From Eledone cirrhosa (Eukaryota), in NCBI GenBank assembly GCA_964016885.1, contig OZ024751.1, positions 42,842,001 through 42,906,000 of the forward strand: a stretch of 64,000 nucleotides of DNA, given 5' to 3'. Shown here in pieces: positions 16,501 to 30,830 of the stretch (its first letter is position 1; every line of letters starts with the position of its first letter). A program made the position numbers and the translations under genes. The notes under the pieces are model-generated. The model had not been told where the DNA came from and did no database searches. It saw only the letters and a program-made list of their open reading frames with translations.

Positions 16501-16860
16501 GTCTAGGGCGGGAAAATTCCCGAGATCGATGGACGAGTTCTCTCCAGCGGTCTCTGTCTCTCATTATCGCTGCCATATCCTGCGTCTCCAAGAGACCAGT
16601 GTCTGTCCTTAGGGCATCAACATATGTTAACCTCGGTGTTCCTCTTCCAGTGTGTCAATGCAAGGACTCCCACAGGAGCACTGAGTACAGTGTCAACTCT
16701 GGATGTCGGTGAGCATGTCCAGCTAACCTCAATCTCCTCTGTGTCACTTTCGAGCTGACTTTTGGGAGGCTCCCGTACAGCTGAGTTCTTCATCCTCAGT
16801 GTATACTGATTAATGTTCAGAGCCATCCTCAGCATTCTCGTGTAGCACCCATCCAACATC
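16501..16860 (-). mobile_element. 5'-truncated, frameshifted RTE-like LINE 3' end adjacent to (TA)n
   Basis: LDGCYTRMLRMALNI peptide; homolog at 38841 reads RLRLAGHAHRH...LLWEPLHGHTRRGRPRLTYVD, typical of an RTE-clade C-terminus. Confidence 0.8.
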
Positions 16861-17486
16861 TATATAGTAGTGAATTTTGTAAAAGATTTCTATCCAAAAA
16901 TGTCGAACTGACGAGCTGTTGAACTAATAAGTTCTCAACGAAACGTATTCGACAGATGAAAATGTGAATTTAACCAAATGTTGTATACTCGCACACAAAC
17001 CCACACACGCACACAAACCCACACACGCACAAACACACACGCACACACACTCTCTCTCTGTCTGTCTCGACTTTTTTTTCACAACAGAACCACACGAAAC
17101 CACCAATATGAAATAATATATCAGACAACATACCACTACTTGATGTATTGCTGAAAGTTACAACACTAAAGCAAGAAGACGAAGAAGAAAAAAGAAAATT
17201 TAATGAGATGTTGCTCTTGAAATCAGAAAGATGTCGGTAGAAAATTTTTCAAGAATTTGGAATATTCTCATTAGATAAATGAGAAAAAGGAAGAGAGTTC
17301 TTCAAGACAAACAAACAACACAGGAAATGTTTGTACTGGAATATAAGCATGTTTTTTCATAAGCGAACCACCACAGTAGAAGAAGAACTTTTAGAGAGAA
17401 GACTCACTCGATTACTCGATTAACAACCTTAATAGGAGAAACATATAACGTTCGACATGACAACGATCATATAGATATATATATAT

Positions 17487-17614
<128 letters not shown>

Positions 17615-17630
17615 ATATGTATGTATATAT

Positions 17631-17820
17631 AAGAACAAGTAAGACCCCGACGGCTGAGCTCAAGCCGTTTCGACGGCTAATTCTGTCAGAATTAGCCGTC
17701 GAAACGGCTTGAGCTCAGCCGTCGGGGTCTTACTTGTTCCTATTACCCACTCTACTACCCTAAGTATTGAGTACTTTGGTGCGTTATGGTCCACCTGGTT
17801 CCTTACCACATTTCCTTCGT
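17631..17820. mobile_element. Family A hairpin element (axis at 17686)
   Basis: Near-perfect inverted arms with 1-nt loop; TA runs on both sides. Confidence 0.85.
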
Positions 17821-17980
<160 letters not shown>

Positions 17981-17981
17981 T

Positions 17982-18045
17982 AGGAACAAGTGAGACCCCG
18001 ACGGCTGAGCTCAAGCCGTTTCGACGGCTAATTCTGATAGAATTG
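17982..18045 (-). mobile_element. Family A single short arm with a tiny fold-back
   Basis: AGGAACAAGTGAGACCCCGACGGCTGAGCTCAAGCCGTTTCGACGGCTAATTCT-gat-AGAATT directly after a TA run. Confidence 0.8.
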
Positions 18046-18802
18046 ACAAATATGGCCTCTGCTCAAAGATTAAGCATGACCACCTTCGGGTGGTTTTCTG
18101 CTAGCATGTGTAGTGTGTATATTGATATTATACACAAATATATATGCATGTAAATAAAATCGTAATTCACAATATACACAGAAATTGAACGAAGTCTATG
18201 TTACACTGTATTATGTAATCAGTAACGTAATCCATGATACATTTAAAAAAAGACGATATTATATATAAACTGCATTAGGAGAAAATTAGCGACGGAAATA
18301 TATGCAATTATAAGTGTTACAATATAACGGCCGCTAACCGGAAGTGTTGACATTTGACAATTTTAAAGAAGTGAATCTTTAAATAAGCTATAAAATATAT
18401 TTAATCAACAGCCACGAAATTTATAAGATAAATTATGTAATATTCATTCATTATTTATTCAAAGTAATCCAACTTATTTTACAAACGGGGTAAAAAAATA
18501 TATTCTGGATGTAGTCCCGCACTCCTTTCTTTATTATAGTTTAGATTACGTGAACAGTGAAAAAGCACCACTGGCTCTCAACAATATATCGGACTGTGTG
18601 GCCAGTTTTAAAACCTAGTCCGTTTCTGTAGTATAGAAAGTACTGATCTTTCATTAAACCACAGATTTCTTATATTAGTATTAATAAAATACAAAACAAC
18701 TTTTTCTGATTTATTTCCTGCAGCATTATGTAACAGCATAATACAGTATGATATAATATATACATATACATACATATATATATATATGTATGTATATGTA
18801 TA

Positions 18803-18852
<50 letters not shown>

Positions 18853-18947
18853 ATGTATATATATTATATATATGTATATATATATATACACACACACCAT
18901 TATTGTATTGTATTATATTCTTCACCCTATTCTTTTCTTGACGTATG

Positions 18948-19043
<96 letters not shown>

Positions 19044-19123
19044 ATATGGACGTCTATTTAAAGAAATCAAACACAGACACACAGATACACACACACACAC
19101 ACAGATACATACTCACACACACA

Positions 19124-19227
<104 letters not shown>

Positions 19228-19411
19228 TACATACTCACACTCACACGCACACACAGTTGCGGTTCGAATAACACATCATGATTAGCGAAGCTCGTAAATA
19301 AGTTAATATCTATATAATATCGATCTGTAATCAATATTAGCGTAATTCTATATTTGATCATCTCTCATATAGACACATCATCTCATACTTTTTTGTATAC
19401 ATATATGTATG

Positions 19412-19465
<54 letters not shown>

Positions 19466-19496
19466 AATATATATATATACACACACATATATATAT

Positions 19497-19549
<53 letters not shown>

Positions 19550-20247
19550 TCTTATCTTTGTGTGCTGCCTTTTGCTGCAGTCGTTATATTAGTTTCTTTT
19601 TACCATTCCAGTCTTGGAATAGAACATTTTTCTAGAAGTTTAATTTTCCTATCCCTACTTTCTGACTTCTTTTATTCATTTTACCATGTTTTAATATAGC
19701 CTGGCTTACATTTTCCTGATGGTGTTGTCGGAGTGTAGTGGTATTGGCGGAGTGTGGTGGTGTTGTCGGTGCGTGGTGGTAGTGGAGGTGTGTGATGGTG
19801 TTGGTGGTGTTGAGTGAGATTCATTACATTACTTCTTACTTGTGTGTTTTTTGTTGTTGTTTTTTATATTCTTTTTTTATGTATTCTCTCATGTAACGAA
19901 ATCTTTACATTAAAAGACCTAAATTTAGACCATTTCACTATAGAAAGATGTGGAGTTCTTTACAAGGAATAATATACAAAGGGGCTTTTGTTATTTTGCT
20001 ATGAAGACTGGAGGGGAAAATAGCTTACTAAGAAAATGAATTTCTTTTCTTTTAAATGACATCATTCCAGTTTTTTTTTTCTCTCAAAATTTCCAAAAAA
20101 TAAAATTATAAAGAACAAAAAAAAAATAATAAGAGATAAATGTAACAATTGCTACAACAACAACTGCAACAATAATTTCAGAACTCCACATCATATAGAT
20201 GAACACTTGCTTCCTAGTATAAGTGAACAAACTAAAAACTTTCAAAT

Positions 20248-20295
<48 letters not shown>

Positions 20296-20298
<3 letters not shown>

Positions 20299-20490
20299 AA
20301 CGAGTAGGACCCCGACGGCTGAGCTCAAGCCGTTTCGACGGCTAATTCTGGACTAAGGAATTAGCCGTCGAAACGGCTTGAGCTCAGCCGTCGGGGTCCT
20401 ACTCGTTCCTATTAGCCACTCTACTACCCTAAGTATTGAGTACTTTGGTGCGTTATGGTCCACTTAATTCCTTACCACATTTCCTTCGTT
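20296..20490. mobile_element. Family A hairpin element
   Basis: Inverted arms around TGGACTAAG; long arm to the right. Confidence 0.85.
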
Positions 20491-20494
20491 ATAT

Positions 20495-21328
20495 ATCATC
20501 ATCATCATCATCATCATCACCGTTTTACGTCCGTTCTTCCACGCTAGCATGGGTTAGACGGGTTGTCCTGTTGTGGGCAGTGTCTGGTCGGCTGACCATG
20601 CCTTGCTCATACAGGAACTGATCTGGCTTGATTTCTACAGCTGGATGCCCTTCCTAACACCAACCTCATTTACAGTGAGTGCTGGGTGCTTTTTCGTGGC
20701 GCCTACACGTCCACTTTACAGTGTGGGCTGGGTGCTTTTTTGCCGTGGCACCTCCACGACCACCTTGCGGTGGGGGGGGGGGGGGCATATTGTTTATATG
20801 CTTCAGCATGTACCCATGGGAGGTCGGGTACCCTGTATTACTGCGTGACGCCAGAAGTCACGGTCGTGTGTCATTGACTTTGAGAGGTGTAGTTGGGTAA
20901 GGTCGGCTTTTATCACCTCATCCCAAGTCATCTTGGGTCTCCCCACTCCGCGGTTTCCATCAACTTCTAGTGCTCTGCACCTTTTTATGCAGCTGTCATC
21001 CTTCATACGCATCACATGTCCATACCAGCGTAACCGCCTCTCCTGCACGCAGCATTTGATTCCTCTTATGCTCAGTCTCTCTCTCAATTCCTTTATGCTT
21101 TGTCGTTCACGTATATTACTATTACACATCTATCGGAGCATGCAGGCTTCGTTTCTCTCTAATCTACGTAAGTCTTCCACCTTCAGCGCCCAGGTCTCAC
21201 TACCATGCAACATCGCTGTTCGGATACACGCATCATACAGTCTGCCTTTCATTCTGAGGGAGAAGCCTTTTGCAGCTAGCAGTGGTAGTAGTTCCCTAAA
21301 CTTCTTCCATCCCGTTCTTACCCTAGTT
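20495..21328 (-). mobile_element. 5'-truncated RTE-clade LINE (post-RT C-terminal region, 3' UTR and (GAT)n tail), pseudogenised
   Basis: In-frame ORFs 21399-21130 and 21129-20803 separated by one TAG (MLR*MC); motifs KGRLYDACIRTAMLHGSETW, RRLRWYGHVMR, GRPKMTWDEVIKADL. Confidence 0.9.
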
Positions 21329-21344
21329 ATTAATATATATATAT

Positions 21345-21849
21345 ATATAATTGAATATAAAAGAGAGATAAACACAAATATATACATGTATGTGTTCAAA
21401 TCGTAAGAGACCAGACTCGCTAGGTTCTGATGCCATGTGCGTTATTTTATATACGCACACTATTCAGTCTTCTGAGATACTTACAAGTGAAGGGTTTACT
21501 AATTTCACAACCACTGATGAGCAAAAAAATTGGTAATTCCCTATCACTAAAATTGCGAAACAGCATTACCAAAAGCTGTCTGGGTGTCTGGCAGTTGCCG
21601 CAATATCGGTTTGTATTTCTTTTCTTAATTTATTCTTTTAAACTGAGACTGGCAAACCCTATTGTTCAGAGTTAGTAATTTTTTCACTCTAGCGAATCTG
21701 GTTCTTTACGATTTGAACACATATATATGTATATATCTGTGTTTATCTCTCTTTTATATTCAATTATATTACACGGCCCGGAAACTTTCTTTCCTTGAGC
21801 TATTTAATTTTATGAGACTATTTTGAGTTTCTAACTCAAAATATACCTT

Positions 21850-21852
<3 letters not shown>
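21345..21852 (+). mobile_element. TA-bounded HHR element with inverted arms 21345-21423/21689-21769
   Basis: ~80-bp imperfect inverted repeat; HHR inside the loop; homolog at 45790-46085. Confidence 0.75.
21507..21587 (+). ncRNA. Type I hammerhead ribozyme, canonical core, predicted cleavage after GUC at 21580
   Basis: acaacca-CTGATGA-GCAA..TTGC-GAAA-CAGC..GCTG-TC-tgggtgt; all three stems pair. Confidence 0.88.
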
Positions 21853-21936
<84 letters not shown>

Positions 21937-22063
21937 AAAGTTTTATTTAAAATTGTTGGGTTACAACGAGTAAATATTTTATAACTGATATAAAAGCACT
22001 CAACAGATTTTGGAGTATTTTACGATATAAAACAAATGGAAACTACATTTATAAAACCATATT

Positions 22064-22129
22064 TATTTCATTATATATATTTCAGGGATATCATATTAAA
22101 AATATGGTATGCCCTCTTCAGATAAAATA
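22064..22129 (-). ncRNA. Minimal type I hammerhead (mirror copy)
   Basis: Reverse complement of 22261-22326. Confidence 0.85.
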
Positions 22130-22260
22130 CAATATATAAACAGTTTTATAAATAAATTTGACATACCTTAGAATTTTACAACTTCCATTTAAAAAGTTGT
22201 TATGGTAGTTGTAAAATTCTAAGGTATGTCAAATTTATTTATAAAACTGTTTATATATTG

Positions 22261-22326
22261 TATTTTATCTGAAGAGGGCATACCATATTTTTAATATGAT
22301 ATCCCTGAAATATATATAATGAAATA
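22261..22326 (+). ncRNA. Minimal type I hammerhead, palindromic TATATA stem/loop III
   Basis: tattttat-CTGAAGA-GGG..CCCT-GAAA-TATATA-TA-atgaaata; 8-bp stem I including one G-U pair. Confidence 0.85.
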
Positions 22327-22384
22327 AATATGGTTTTATAAATGTAGTTTCCATTTGTTTTATATCGTATATATATATGTGTGT

Positions 22385-22499
<115 letters not shown>

Positions 22500-22648
22500 T
22501 GTGTGTATCTAAAAGGTAAACAGAAATAACAACACAATCGGTACAGTATATAGAAGGGATATATTAGGTGAACGCTTGATATAGCAGGAAGAGAGTAGTT
22601 TAACAATGATAACAATAACAAAGGCAAGTTATTTTACATATTTCTTTC

Positions 22649-22762
22649 ATTGTTTTACGATCGTTTCTGAGGGTTGACCATATTGATCTATAGCATTTAG
22701 AGAACTGTATACTATCAGACATTACATATGGGTTCGATCATACCGTCTTCTTCGGAAACAAT
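22649..22762 (-). ncRNA. Hammerhead motif with CCGAAGA core variant and long stem II, in a (CA)n-anchored element starting at 22511
   Basis: Minus strand: attgttt-CCGAAGA-(~80 nt)-GAAA-CGATCG-TA-aaacaat; perfect 7-bp stem I. Confidence 0.7.
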
Positions 22763-22891
22763 CAATCTGAATGATAGACTTAGCGAAACATGGAACCAAT
22801 CTCTGGGTCTCCCTGAAATACTTGCTAACGGATTACATTGAGTTCTAACTACGGTATAGACCCTACCATGAAAGGTAGATCACATTGTGTG

Positions 22892-23190
<299 letters not shown>

Positions 23191-23989
23191 AGCTAAAAAT
23201 AGCAGGTCCATTCATGTTGACATCTCTTGCATATATTATTCAATTTAGGAAAGTTGGATGATCAGATAATCCAACGACTTTCGTTGCAAAACAGACGTAA
23301 AGAACTCTACGGTTGGTATTCCTTAAAGTGTTATAAATAAGGTGTATTCAGACATAATCTGTTTATTATATAATATTGCAAGGATTATATAGTAAACAGA
23401 GGGTGGCGGGGTACTCTTCATATATGGTCAGGGTCTCTTCGAAGATTTTCTTTGGGTGGGGAATATATTTTACATCTGTTTGGGGCCTCTTTCCAGCTGT
23501 TGTTGTTGTTGTTGTAGCTGTCATCATCGTTGTCGTCGTTCTCCTCGTCGTCGCCGTCGTCGTCGCCGTCGTCGTAGTAGTAGTAGCAGTAGTAGTAGTA
23601 GTAGTAGTAGTAGTAATAATTACCGTAATTACAATACGAATGCTGATGACAAAGACAATACCAACACCACCACAATCATCACCACCACCATCACCACCAA
23701 CAACAACACCATCACCACCACCACCACCAACAACAACAACACCACCACCACCACCACCACCACCATCAACAACACGAAAATTAAAGACTATAGTAATAGA
23801 GATATTAGTCATAACTTATAATTATTTTACAAAATAATGTATTTTTTATAATGAAGTCTTTATTTTACAATTCCTACCGCCTAGCCAGGGGGGGGGGTAG
23901 AGTTTTCCTACTCCCTCTCCCCTCTACTTTTTATTATTTAATTCTTCCTCCCCCTCTTTAATTATTTACTCCCCACTTCTTTCATTATT

Positions 23990-24225
23990 TAAGTTTCTCT
24001 CCCCTTTATCATTATTACACTTTTTCTGACCCCTTTTATCATTATTTAACTTTTTCTCCCATTTTTTCATTATTTAATTTTTTCTCCCATTTTTTCATTG
24101 TTTAATTTTTTCTCCCATTTTTTTCATTATTTAATTTTTTTCTCCCATTTTTTTCATTATCTAATTTTTTTGCTCATTTTTTTTCATTGTTTAATTTTTT
24201 TTTCTCACATTTTTTTCATTATTTA
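23990..24225. repeat. Degenerate ~27-bp T-rich tandem repeat (TTTTCATTATTTAATTTTTTCTCCCA)
   Basis: Seen in sequence. Confidence 0.75.
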
Positions 24226-24546
24226 ATAATTCACTCCCTTTTTTCTTTAATTTTTCTTTCTCTCTGGATATTATTTTTATCCACTATTTTCCTTTAAATA
24301 CTTTCATTATTGCGTACTTCTCTTTCAACAATTATATTTCGTCTATTCTAAATATACCTTGTCTTTGACTATTTCATCAACTTTGAATTTTTTTTGAAAA
24401 GTAATTCTTTTTTTTTTTGGTGGGGGGGGGGGGGGGGTATATTATTACATCTAACCCTAGCTACACCACATTTTTTACTCCTTTCTCTCTCTCTCCTACT
24501 CCTTCTATTTCAGTTTCTTTCTGGCTATACACACACACATACACAC

Positions 24547-24594
<48 letters not shown>

Positions 24595-24745
24595 GCATAT
24601 ATATATATATGCATATATTTATATACATACATGTATATGTATATATATATACGCATATATATACATGTATATGTATATATATATATATATATGCATATAT
24701 ATATGTATATAAATATATGTGCATATATATACATATATATATATA

Positions 24746-24795
<50 letters not shown>

Positions 24796-25405
24796 ACCGT
24801 CTCTCTCGCGCTCTCTCTCTCTCTCTCTCTCTCTCTTACTCTATCGATTTATCTCTCCTTCTTTTTATCGATTTCTGTTGCAACCATTTTTCTCCGAGAA
24901 CTGTAATTAGAATCAAGAATTGATAATTGTCTATAATTAGTAAGACTTTAATTTACAGAATATTTCACGTCATCACCACCATCCTCATCATTATCATTAT
25001 CATTATCATCATCATCATCATCACCATCACCATCATCATCATCATCACCATCATGTTCATCATCAACATCATCAAAACCGTTATCATCATCATCACCATC
25101 ACCATCACCATCACCATCATCATCATCACCACCACCATCATCACCATCACCATCATCATCATCATCATCATCACCATCATCACCACCATCATCATCATCA
25201 TCATCATCATCATTATCATCATCATCATCATCATCATCATCAGTAGCAGCAATCGCAGTGACTACGTCATCAATTATTTGTTCTAACAAAAAGAACCATC
25301 TTCAGTATTATTACCAACATCAATAATATTGCTTTTAAAATTACCATCATTATCATTATTATTATCATTACATCCTCCTCTATCTCCCCCTCCTTCATCT
25401 CTTCG

Positions 25406-25456
<51 letters not shown>

Positions 25457-25567
25457 CCATCATCGTCAGCAATGCCATTATTATTTCTATTATTTTTAAC
25501 AGACGTTGAAATTATTGAGAAATTCAGAAGAACCGGGAATTCTTTCTTTTGTGATTGTAAAAATAAT

Positions 25568-25765
25568 GATTTCTAATTTTGGTGCAAGGTCAACAATTTG
25601 TGAGAAGGAAAAGGTCGGTTATATCGACCACCAGTATGTGACTGGTACTTCATTCTATCGATCCGAAAGGATGAAAGTCAATGTAAGTTGACCTCGGTGG
25701 GATTTGAATTCAGAACGTAAAAGTCAAGAAAATTACCGTTAAGCTTTTGTTCGTCACGCTAACAA
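25568..25765 (-). mobile_element. Diverged SINE copy
   Basis: ACTGGTAC...ATCGATCCGAAAGGATGAAAG...GACCTCGGTGGGATTTGAATTCAGAACGTAAA. Confidence 0.75.
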
Positions 25766-25772
25766 CTACAAA

Positions 25773-26065
25773 ACCACATCAGCTCACGTTTATACAAGTC
25801 TCGTGCAGTAGGATCGTACTTGAAACCACGAAATTTCGAAGCCAGCTTCTTAACCACACAACCACACCAGCTCACGTTTATATAAGTTTTGTGCAGTGGA
25901 GTCGTACTTGAAATCACGAAATTCCGAAGCTAGCTTCTTAACCACACAACCACACCAGCTCACGTTTATATAAGTTTTGTGCAGTGGAGTCGTACTTGAA
26001 ATCACGAAATTCCGAAGCTAGCTTCTTAACCACACAACCATATCAGCTCACGTTTATATAAGTTT
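25773..26065. repeat. 88-bp tandem repeat x3.3 containing a probable antisense SINE head
   Basis: Units start at 25773, 25861, 25949 and 26037. Confidence 0.9.
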
Positions 26066-26394
26066 GTAAAGTTCTGAGGGAAAGTTTATTTCAATGTATC
26101 ATGTACAATAACAATTTTCCACATAAATGTCTTCCGTTTTCCATCCCCGTTTCTATGTATTTTCTTATTGCCCAGTAACCAATTCCATTCCACAGTAATA
26201 AAACAGGTGATACAGTTTATAATATATGTTTGCTTTAAACAATGATATAAACAGAATCACGCAATACCGGAATTTTATTTGCAGCACATTTTACATTTTA
26301 CTATCGCTTACTTTGTTGGAAACAGTTTCACAACCTACGTCATATAAGGATATAAGGGAAGATCTGTATTTTCACTACACATCTAGAACTTTCA

Positions 26395-26433
<39 letters not shown>

Positions 26434-26441
26434 TTTATTTG

Positions 26442-26495
<54 letters not shown>

Positions 26496-26518
26496 TATAA
26501 ACAAATAAATATATGTAC

Positions 26519-26570
<52 letters not shown>

Positions 26571-26630
26571 TCATATATAATATATATGCTGTATATATAT
26601 ATATATATATATATGTATTATCAAATGATA

Positions 26631-26670
<40 letters not shown>

Positions 26671-26913
26671 TATCAAATGATAACACACACATATATATAT
26701 ATAGGTGTGTGTATGTATGTATATATTTAGTTCAGCTCTACAATGTTATTTTTTTACTTCCTTTTCAACTTTGACCAGAGATGTGTCTAATCTTGGATAC
26801 TGACCATGAAGATGCATAGTTTACCATCTTGCAATGGATCTATCCTAAAGTATATATTTATATTAGACTTTTATCAAACGATAACATATGTTTATAGCAG
26901 CGTGTATTTCATT

Positions 26914-27147
<234 letters not shown>

Positions 27148-27178
27148 AATATATATACATATATATATATATACACAC

Positions 27179-27211
<33 letters not shown>

Positions 27212-27214
27212 CAT

Positions 27215-27313
<99 letters not shown>

Positions 27314-27668
27314 CATTTTTTTTCTGGCTATCTTTCCTCTCTCTCTCTTTCTCTCTATCAGTCTCTCTCTCTCCCCATACATGCATATATATTTATATAT
27401 AGATCTCTTTCTCTCTCTCGTTTGGTTTTATTATCCAAGACAGAGCAGACTTTCGATTCAAAGAACTGCAATAGAGATCACAAAAGATATACTGAAGTAC
27501 CATAAAGGTATCAAACAGAAATATATACGCTGAGATGAACAATGGTAAAATATATATATACAATAAAATATGTAGTTAAATATGTAAATATAACAATCAT
27601 GCTTTTGTCTATTGTGTTGTTGATAGGGGATATATATATATATATATCCTTGTGTGTGTATTTATTTA

Positions 27669-27703
<35 letters not shown>

Positions 27704-27849
27704 GTGTATATATATATATATATATGTGTGTGTCTGTGTATTTATATATATATATATATATATCTATATCTGTGTCTGTGTATTTATATATATATATGTG
27801 TATTTATTTATATATATATGTATATATTATATATATATATATACATATA

Positions 27850-28035
<186 letters not shown>

Positions 28036-28183
28036 AGTATATGTTGGTTGTATACCAACACCTCAGTATGCAGATTGGAGCACTCGACGAAGTGCGCAGG
28101 TTGGTTTGGTTACTCCGTAGTAATGTAAAATAAAATAAAATAAAATAAATAAGTCAAATGTTTCAAATTTGGCTTCGTTTATT

Positions 28184-28238
28184 ACTGCTATATATATTTC
28201 GGTGACAGCCATCTTTGGCTGTGACTTCTTCAGGCAGT
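28184..28238 (-). ncRNA. Minimal type I hammerhead in a TA-anchored element (3' end ~28033)
   Basis: Minus strand: actgc-CTGAAGA-agtcACAGCCA aaga TGGCTGTcacc-GAAA-TATATA-TA-gcagt. Confidence 0.88.
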
Positions 28239-28650
28239 CCGAATTAGTGTGGTAGAGACGAGTACACATGTTGTTGGGGTGTATAACTTTGTCAATACTC
28301 TGATAAGCCCAGTTCCTGGTTGGGTTGTTATTTCACTGAGGAACTGGAATCATATGAATTTAAACAAACGAATTTCAGCGTCAAAGGGCCTCTTCTCATC
28401 TCATTGGTCAGTTGTTAGAACATTCCTCAGTCAAAAGTCTATAGAAATTCGTTCTGAGGCAAGCCAATCTGTAGTTGTTGTTCTTGTTATTGTTAGGTAC
28501 ATCTGACCTCTATTCTTGTGTTGGTAGTGGTGTTATTGTTGGAGTCAGCTAAAATAAAAGTGTGATAAAGTGGTAGAAGGAATAAGATGGTAAAGGAACA
28601 AAATAAAATAAAATAATCGAATAAAATGTGTGTGTGTGTTATATCCATCT

Positions 28651-28770
28651 AAATGTTAAAAAGATTTGTAAGGTCAAACTTCCTATTGGTCAGTTTTGAA
28701 ACTTTGGACTGAGGAATGCTCTCAAAACTGACCAATGGGAAGTTTGACCTTACAAATCTTTATAACATTT
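28651..28770. repeat. Inverted repeat, ~49-bp arms
   Basis: AAATGTTA..GATTTGTAAGGTCAAACTTCC..ATTGGTCAGTTTTGA and its reverse complement. Confidence 0.88.
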
Positions 28771-29173
28771 AACGTGGCAGCGAATTGGCAGATTTATTAG
28801 AACTTTGCGGTATTCGTTCCGGTTCTCTGTACTATTAGATCAAATTCTATAGAAGTCAACTTTCCCTTTCATACTTTCCAAGTGGATACCAAAAAAGTAG
28901 TAGTTCAGTACTTGGTTCGATTCTTTTTTTTATATAACTTTTTCATTTTTGCACCATCACTTTCTCTCTTTCTTTCTCTCGAAGAAATCTGTGGTTATCA
29001 GACCTGGTGGATGGATGGTCTCTACCTGGTTTTAAATGTCCAACACATCCCGTGTATCAATACGGTACCCCCACGACGATATATATATCCGTATGTGGTT
29101 GACTGCTGAGAGATAAGACTGCTCAATATCGAAGTAGATTTTTAATATTCATTATATTAAGGCTAAATAGTGA

Positions 29174-29202
<29 letters not shown>

Positions 29203-29206
<4 letters not shown>

Positions 29207-29382
29207 TAAGTTATTCCGTGTTGAATCGGAGGTAACCACAGTAAGTAAGGTACTCAATACATAGCAGGGTATAAAAGTTTTAATATAGATGAGATTCTAC
29301 AGGACTAGAACTGTTTCATTCTTTAGAAATCATCAGGATGATTTCTAAAGAATGAAACAGTTCTAGTCCTGTTAGAATCTCA

Positions 29383-29389
<7 letters not shown>
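29203..29389. mobile_element. TA-bounded asymmetric palindrome (arms 29283-29334/29337-29389) with HHR on the minus strand
   Basis: Minus strand: CTGATGA-tTTC taaa GAAt-GAAA-CAG ttctagtc CTG-TA; axis lies at the start of CTGATGA; one indel between arms. Confidence 0.85.
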
Positions 29390-29427
<38 letters not shown>

Positions 29428-30494
29428 GTATATATATATGTGTGTGTGCGTGTGTGTGTGTGTACAAATACATGTATGTATATATATATATATGTATAGA
29501 TTAAAGAAAGTTCAACTGTAATGACTTCAAGTTGTTGAAAAGTTTAGATAGAGTGTTGTCTGCTTTGTCTCAAAAACTTATATAAACTTTGATGAGATTC
29601 TTAAAGACCGAAATAACTCTAATACAACACTCACACCTACACACACATACACACACACATATACACACACATATATACACTCACACACACAATTATATAA
29701 CTGTGAAAGAAGTTTGTAATTTCAACAGCAAATGGCGCTCACTAATTTTCGAAGAAAAGAACCCGTTACTTCGTAGCGTTGAATTAAGTAGTTTGGAAAG
29801 ATTTCAAAAGATAAAAAAATTGATCCGTACCTTCTATTAATTAGAGAAGCATACACTAACTCCCTACCTCACACCTTGCATTCTAGGCAGTATAGAGATC
29901 GAGTTCTGAGACAGACATTGAGCGTTGTAGGAAATGATATGATGCACTCGACAGCTCACTTGACTTCTGTTAATGGAAATACACAGTTGCTGCTATCTCT
30001 CGAATGAAATACACAAAAATAAGAATGGAAATGGTTCAACGCAGAACATAAGATTTTATATGAGAAACCTACCAACTAGCTAAGAACGAAACGGAACAAC
30101 ACATGCCAAATATATGTCAGAAATGCTTTTGTATAACATTTGATTAATGTTGGGTTTGTTGTTTTGACATTCGACACTTTTTATCGTTTGTCCTTTGACC
30201 ACAATAAAATGGTGATTATATAAATATGGCCAAGCAGAAAACCAAACTAATAAAATAACAGTTGTACTATGATTTATATCCATCCTCCTCTTTTATAATA
30301 TGTAAGCAGAATGGAGTTTTATTACTGTCGTAAAATCGAAGTAAACTTTCTCTTCAATCAAGGCCGAGAGCTTTAAATAGGACATCATTTTCTTTAATAT
30401 GTAATATCAATATATATTATTGATTTCTCTACACAGGCGCAAACACAGAAATTTAGGGAATTTGTATAGCCGATTAAATCTGTCACAGTCTCTC

Positions 30495-30584
<90 letters not shown>

Positions 30585-30600
30585 TATATATGAATATTAT

Positions 30601-30685
30601 ATATATATACATATATATATATATATACCTGTGTGTTGTATGTGAATGTGTGCATGTTCATATACATACATGTATGTCTATGCAT

Positions 30686-30747
<62 letters not shown>

Positions 30748-30830
30748 ATGCATAGACATACATGTATGTATATGAACATGCACACATTCACATACAACAC
30801 ACAGGTATATATATATATATGTATATATAT
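30601..30830. repeat. Palindrome centred on (TA)n
   Basis: ACCTGTGTGTTGTATGTGAATG... mirrored exactly around the TA run. Confidence 0.9.

Larger units (their letters stand above)
21934..22369. mobile_element. TA-bounded asymmetric palindrome, 168-bp arms (22021-22188/22202-22369), one HHR per arm
   Basis: One mismatch seen, 13-nt spacer, ~87-nt unpaired extension on the left arm. Confidence 0.9.

Noticed and set aside
18050-18100. CTCAAAGATTAAGC match to the 18S rRNA 5' end, followed by a C(UUCG)G hairpin and T-run
   Set aside because: Only ~13-14 nt match with no continuation; a single short hairpin is not enough to call an RNA gene or terminator
23235-23305. Minus-strand ESRWII*SSNFPKLN resembling a PLE GIY-YIG C-terminus upstream of the family B HHR
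   Set aside because: Contains a stop, spacing is off and it is too short; needs a tBLASTn/HMM test. No PLE coding sequence is established in this window.
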